Assembly (NCBI GenBank): GCA_037445735.1
Contig: JBBIJY010000036.1
Span: 1 to 18,657 of the forward strand
Reading direction: 5' to 3'
Length of the DNA: 18,657 nt
Source of the DNA: Armatimonadota bacterium
GTDB taxonomy: Bacteria; Armatimonadota; Fimbriimonadia; Fimbriimonadales; GBS-DC
The translations under genes and the position numbers were made by a program. Of the stretch, positions 16,306-18,657 are shown one piece after another (the stretch's first letter is position 1; each line of letters begins with the position of its first letter). The notes under the pieces were generated by a model. It did no database searches. It was given only the letters and a program-made list of their open reading frames with translations, and was not told the origin of the DNA.

Positions 16306-16622
16306 TTATCCACAATCCGCTTCGAGTTATCCACATGCAAGGTGGATTCTTCCCTATACATGCTTTAAGAGACTCTCATGTTAACCGGGCGTTGTGGATA
16401 TTGTGGATAACTCGAGGGCACTGACCGACTGTTCGAAAAATCAGCAGGCAATTTTGAACTCAAAACCGCCCTCAGAATCGTCGAACAAGCGGTTATTTAG
16501 CGTGGCTAAAGAATGTGGATAACTCTGTGGATAACCTGTGGATAACCTGTGGATAACTCGGGCGTTGGGAGGGCGATTCGGCACTTATCCACAGAGTTAT
16601 CCACAGTGGCTGTGGATAACTC
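16306..16622. other. DnaA-box cluster, candidate oriC
   Basis: Ten perfect TTATCCACA/TGTGGATAA boxes starting at 16306, 16327, 16402, 16514, 16526, 16537, 16548, 16585, 16597 and 16611, plus a 1-mismatch box at 16393; intergenic, upstream of recF and near rsmG. Confidence 0.85.
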
Positions 16623-16631
16623 CCTGCATGC

Positions 16632-17756
16632 TTATTCAGGTGCTTCTGCCGCCTGAAGGTAAACCTGATAGGTAAGCTCAGCGGTGGTTTGCCAGCTGAA
16701 GGTGCTGGCTTGCTGCAGGGCGCGCGCCTGCAGACCCCTGCGATACGATTCGTTTTGCAGAAGGGTCAGAATCGCGTGCGCCCACTGCGCAGGCTGGTCA
16801 GGGGGCAGCAGCAGCCCGCCAGAACCGACCACCTCTGGCAGTGCGCCGCCATTTGAGGCTATCACCGCTGTGCCACACGCCATCGCCTCCAGCGGAGGCA
16901 GCCCGAACCCCTCGTAGAACGAGGGATACAGAAATATCTCGGCGGCGTTGTAGAGCCACACCAGATGCTCGTCGGGCACATAGCCTGTTTCGATGAGCCA
17001 GTTGCCGTCCATCAGCGTGCGTCTGGCATGCTCCAGCTTGCGCTGTGCCCAGCCAGGCTTGCCTGTCAGCACCAGTTTCAACGGCAAGCCGGACCATTCG
17101 CGGGCGCGGGCGACCGCCTCTATGGTTAGCAGCCAGTTCTTTCGCGGCTGCAGCACGCCCACCGCGAGCAGAAAGGGCGGCTCAATCCCGTAATGCTGGC
17201 GCACCCATTCCTGCGCCTGCTCGCGCTCCATCGGATGGAAGCCCTCGGGCAAGCCGTTCGGCGTCGCCACCACCTTTTCCGGCGGCAGATTCAGCAGCCG
17301 AATCATGTCGCGGCGAGAGGTCTCCGAAACGGTCAGCACGCGCGCCGCCTTCCGACACGAATAGGGCACGCTCAACCGCAGCAGCAGCCAATCTTTGAGC
17401 GGGAACCAGCGCGGGTTAATCAGGAACGACACATCGTGAACGGTGGTGATGGCAGGGATGCGAAAAAAGGGTGAGAGGCTGTACTGGGTGTGGGCGACGG
17501 CACAGCCATATTGCCGGGCGGCGCGCGGAAAACGAATCAGGCTCCAGACGCGCTCGTTGCGGGCGGGCAGCACCACGAACTCATAAAGAGGCGATTCGGG
17601 CAGCAGATGGGCAGGCACAGGGCGCGTGCTGAACAGAATCAGCCGATGCTCGGCAGGGTCTATCAGCGTCGCGAACGCCTTGAGCAGCCCGCGCCAGTAG
17701 GTGCGATCGCCCGTGTAGGCGCCCGTCAGCAGGCGGGCATCGATGGCAATCTTCAT
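16632..17756 (-). CDS. Glycosyltransferase family 4 (GT-B, group 1)
   Basis: MKIAIDAR, ITTVHD, LTVSE, VGVLQPRKN, FLYPSFYEGFGLPPLEAMACG (EX7E); ATGA overlap with the rsmG stop. Confidence 0.93.
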   Translation of the reverse strand: MKIAIDARLLTGAYTGDRTYWRGLLKAFATLIDPAEHRLILFSTRPVPAHLLPESPLYEFVVLPARNERVWSLIRFPRAARQYGCAVAHTQYSLSPFFRIPAITTVHDVSFLINPRWFPLKDWLLLRLSVPYSCRKAARVLTVSETSRRDMIRLLNLPPEKVVATPNGLPEGFHPMEREQAQEWVRQHYGIEPPFLLAVGVLQPRKNWLLTIEAVARAREWSGLPLKLVLTGKPGWAQRKLEHARRTLMDGNWLIETGYVPDEHLVWLYNAAEIFLYPSFYEGFGLPPLEAMACGTAVIASNGGALPEVVGSGGLLLPPDQPAQWAHAILTLLQNESYRRGLQARALQQASTFSWQTTAELTYQVYLQAAEAPE

Positions 17757-18484
17757 CGCGCCACCCCCAGCGGCTGGCGGCTCATCTGGCTCCATCGGCG
17801 CGGGTAGCGCGAATCGGTCGGCACCCGCTTCGGCAGACGCGCAATCAGGCGAGAGACTGTGCCCCTCTCCAGCTCAAGCGTGCGCTCCACTATCTCCAGC
17901 TCGCCACCGAGCAGATGAACAGCGGGACGCGCCGATTCGATCTCGTCGCGTTCCGTTGCGCTTTTGATGGCGAGCGCGACGCCCCCAACGCGCACAAAGG
18001 GCAGCATCAGTTCCGCCAGAATGGGCATCTTCGCGACGGCGCGCGCCACCACCCTGTCGAACTGCTCGCGGGCTTGCGGCGTGTGCGCCCACTCCTCCGC
18101 GCGCGCCTGCACCACCGTCGTCCCGCTCAAGCCCAGCTGCTCGCATGCCTCCTTCAGAAAGGCAACCGTTTTGCCATGCGAATCGAGCAACACCAGATTC
18201 AGATCGGGGCGGGCAATTTTGAGCGGGATTCCAGGCAAGCCACCGCCCGTGCCGATGTCCAGCAAGCGTGCGCCTTCCGGCGGCATGTCGACCGAAAGCA
18301 GCACCAGCGAATCGACCAGATGGCGTCCGACGGCTTCGTCAGGGGGCACGCGCGTCAGGTTGAACCGCTGATTGGCTTCATACAGCAACTGCAGATAGCG
18401 TTCAAGGGCGGCACGCTGCCTCAGGCTCAGCGGGAACCAGCCCGCCACCTGCTCCAGCACCGCCCAATCGCCCAGCGCGTGCAT
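17753..18484 (-). CDS. rsmG: 16S rRNA (guanine527-N7)-methyltransferase RsmG (GidB)
   Basis: NQRFNLT, HLVDS, LLDIGTGGGLPGIPLKI, RAEE, REQFDRVVARAVA, YPRR; likely start at ATG 18484 rather than 18628. Confidence 0.95.
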   Translation of the reverse strand: MHALGDWAVLEQVAGWFPLSLRQRAALERYLQLLYEANQRFNLTRVPPDEAVGRHLVDSLVLLSVDMPPEGARLLDIGTGGGLPGIPLKIARPDLNLVLLDSHGKTVAFLKEACEQLGLSGTTVVQARAEEWAHTPQAREQFDRVVARAVAKMPILAELMLPFVRVGGVALAIKSATERDEIESARPAVHLLGGELEIVERTLELERGTVSRLIARLPKRVPTDSRYPRRWSQMSRQPLGVAR

Positions 18485-18494
18485 CCCTGAGCCT

Positions 18495-18503
18495 ATTATG
18501 ACA
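18495..18503 (-). promoter_or_regulatory. Putative extended -10 promoter of rsmG
   Basis: Minus strand TGtCATAAT ending 10 nt before ATG 18484. Confidence 0.45.
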
Positions 18504-18559
18504 TGCGCCGCGAAACATCTCCCCTGCATCATCAGGTCACCCTGCCCAGCTACACTGTG

Positions 18560-18586
18560 AAACAAAAAAGCCCGAAAATCAAGGCT
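18560..18586 (-). terminator. Possible intrinsic terminator of an upstream transcript
   Basis: Minus strand AGCCTTGA-TTT-TCGGGCT (imperfect stem) followed by TTTTTGTTT. Confidence 0.35.
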
Positions 18587-18657
18587 AATCCTGACTGACC
18601 CATCGTTCGACGACACTTCCACCACCATACCACCACCCGCTGTAGACCTCTCACCAA

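Noticed and set aside
16514-16556. Tandem direct repeats as a possible CRISPR array or plasmid iterons
   Set aside because: The units are 9-bp DnaA boxes with 2-3 nt spacers; there are no unique spacers and no cas or rep genes.
18549-18564. Possible parS site near rsmG
   Set aside because: Only one half-site (GTGAAACA) of TGTTTCACGTGAAACA matches, and no parAB is in the window.
18485-18628. 48-aa N-terminal extension of RsmG in the ORF track
   Set aside because: Not RsmG-like, and it contains a terminator-like hairpin and a -10 element, favouring ATG 18484.

Overview
GC-rich bacterial chromosomal segment. The gene style (DUF1559/H-X9-DG prepilin-like protein, PEP-CTERM protein, C-terminal 'GDVNxDGCVxDADLLxVLFNFG' dockerin-like tail) suggests Armatimonadota; this is inference. 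Left to right: purS-purQ with no purL; a prepilin-like gene plus a small membrane protein; then a long minus-strand block read from the right as GntR/LacI-hybrid regulator > NurA-like nuclease > HerA/DUF87 ATPase > sugar ABC substrate-binding lipoprotein > AT-rich 980-aa beta-propeller surface protein > BadF-type kinase; a divergent PEP-CTERM gene; and a minus-strand replication/repair block rsmG > GT4 glycosyltransferase > [dense DnaA-box cluster] > recF > dciA (DUF721) > comEC. Most notable: (1) a stand-alone nurA-herA cassette with non-canonical motifs, its own promoter and no mre11/rad50, sitting inside an apparent sugar-use locus; (2) an oriC-like cluster of 10 perfect DnaA boxes with no adjacent dnaA/dnaN, containing an imperfect 58-bp dyad and box-built hairpins; (3) a palindromic REP-like element present both intergenically and in-frame inside dciA; (4) recurring promoter/operator motifs and leaderless or near-leaderless genes.
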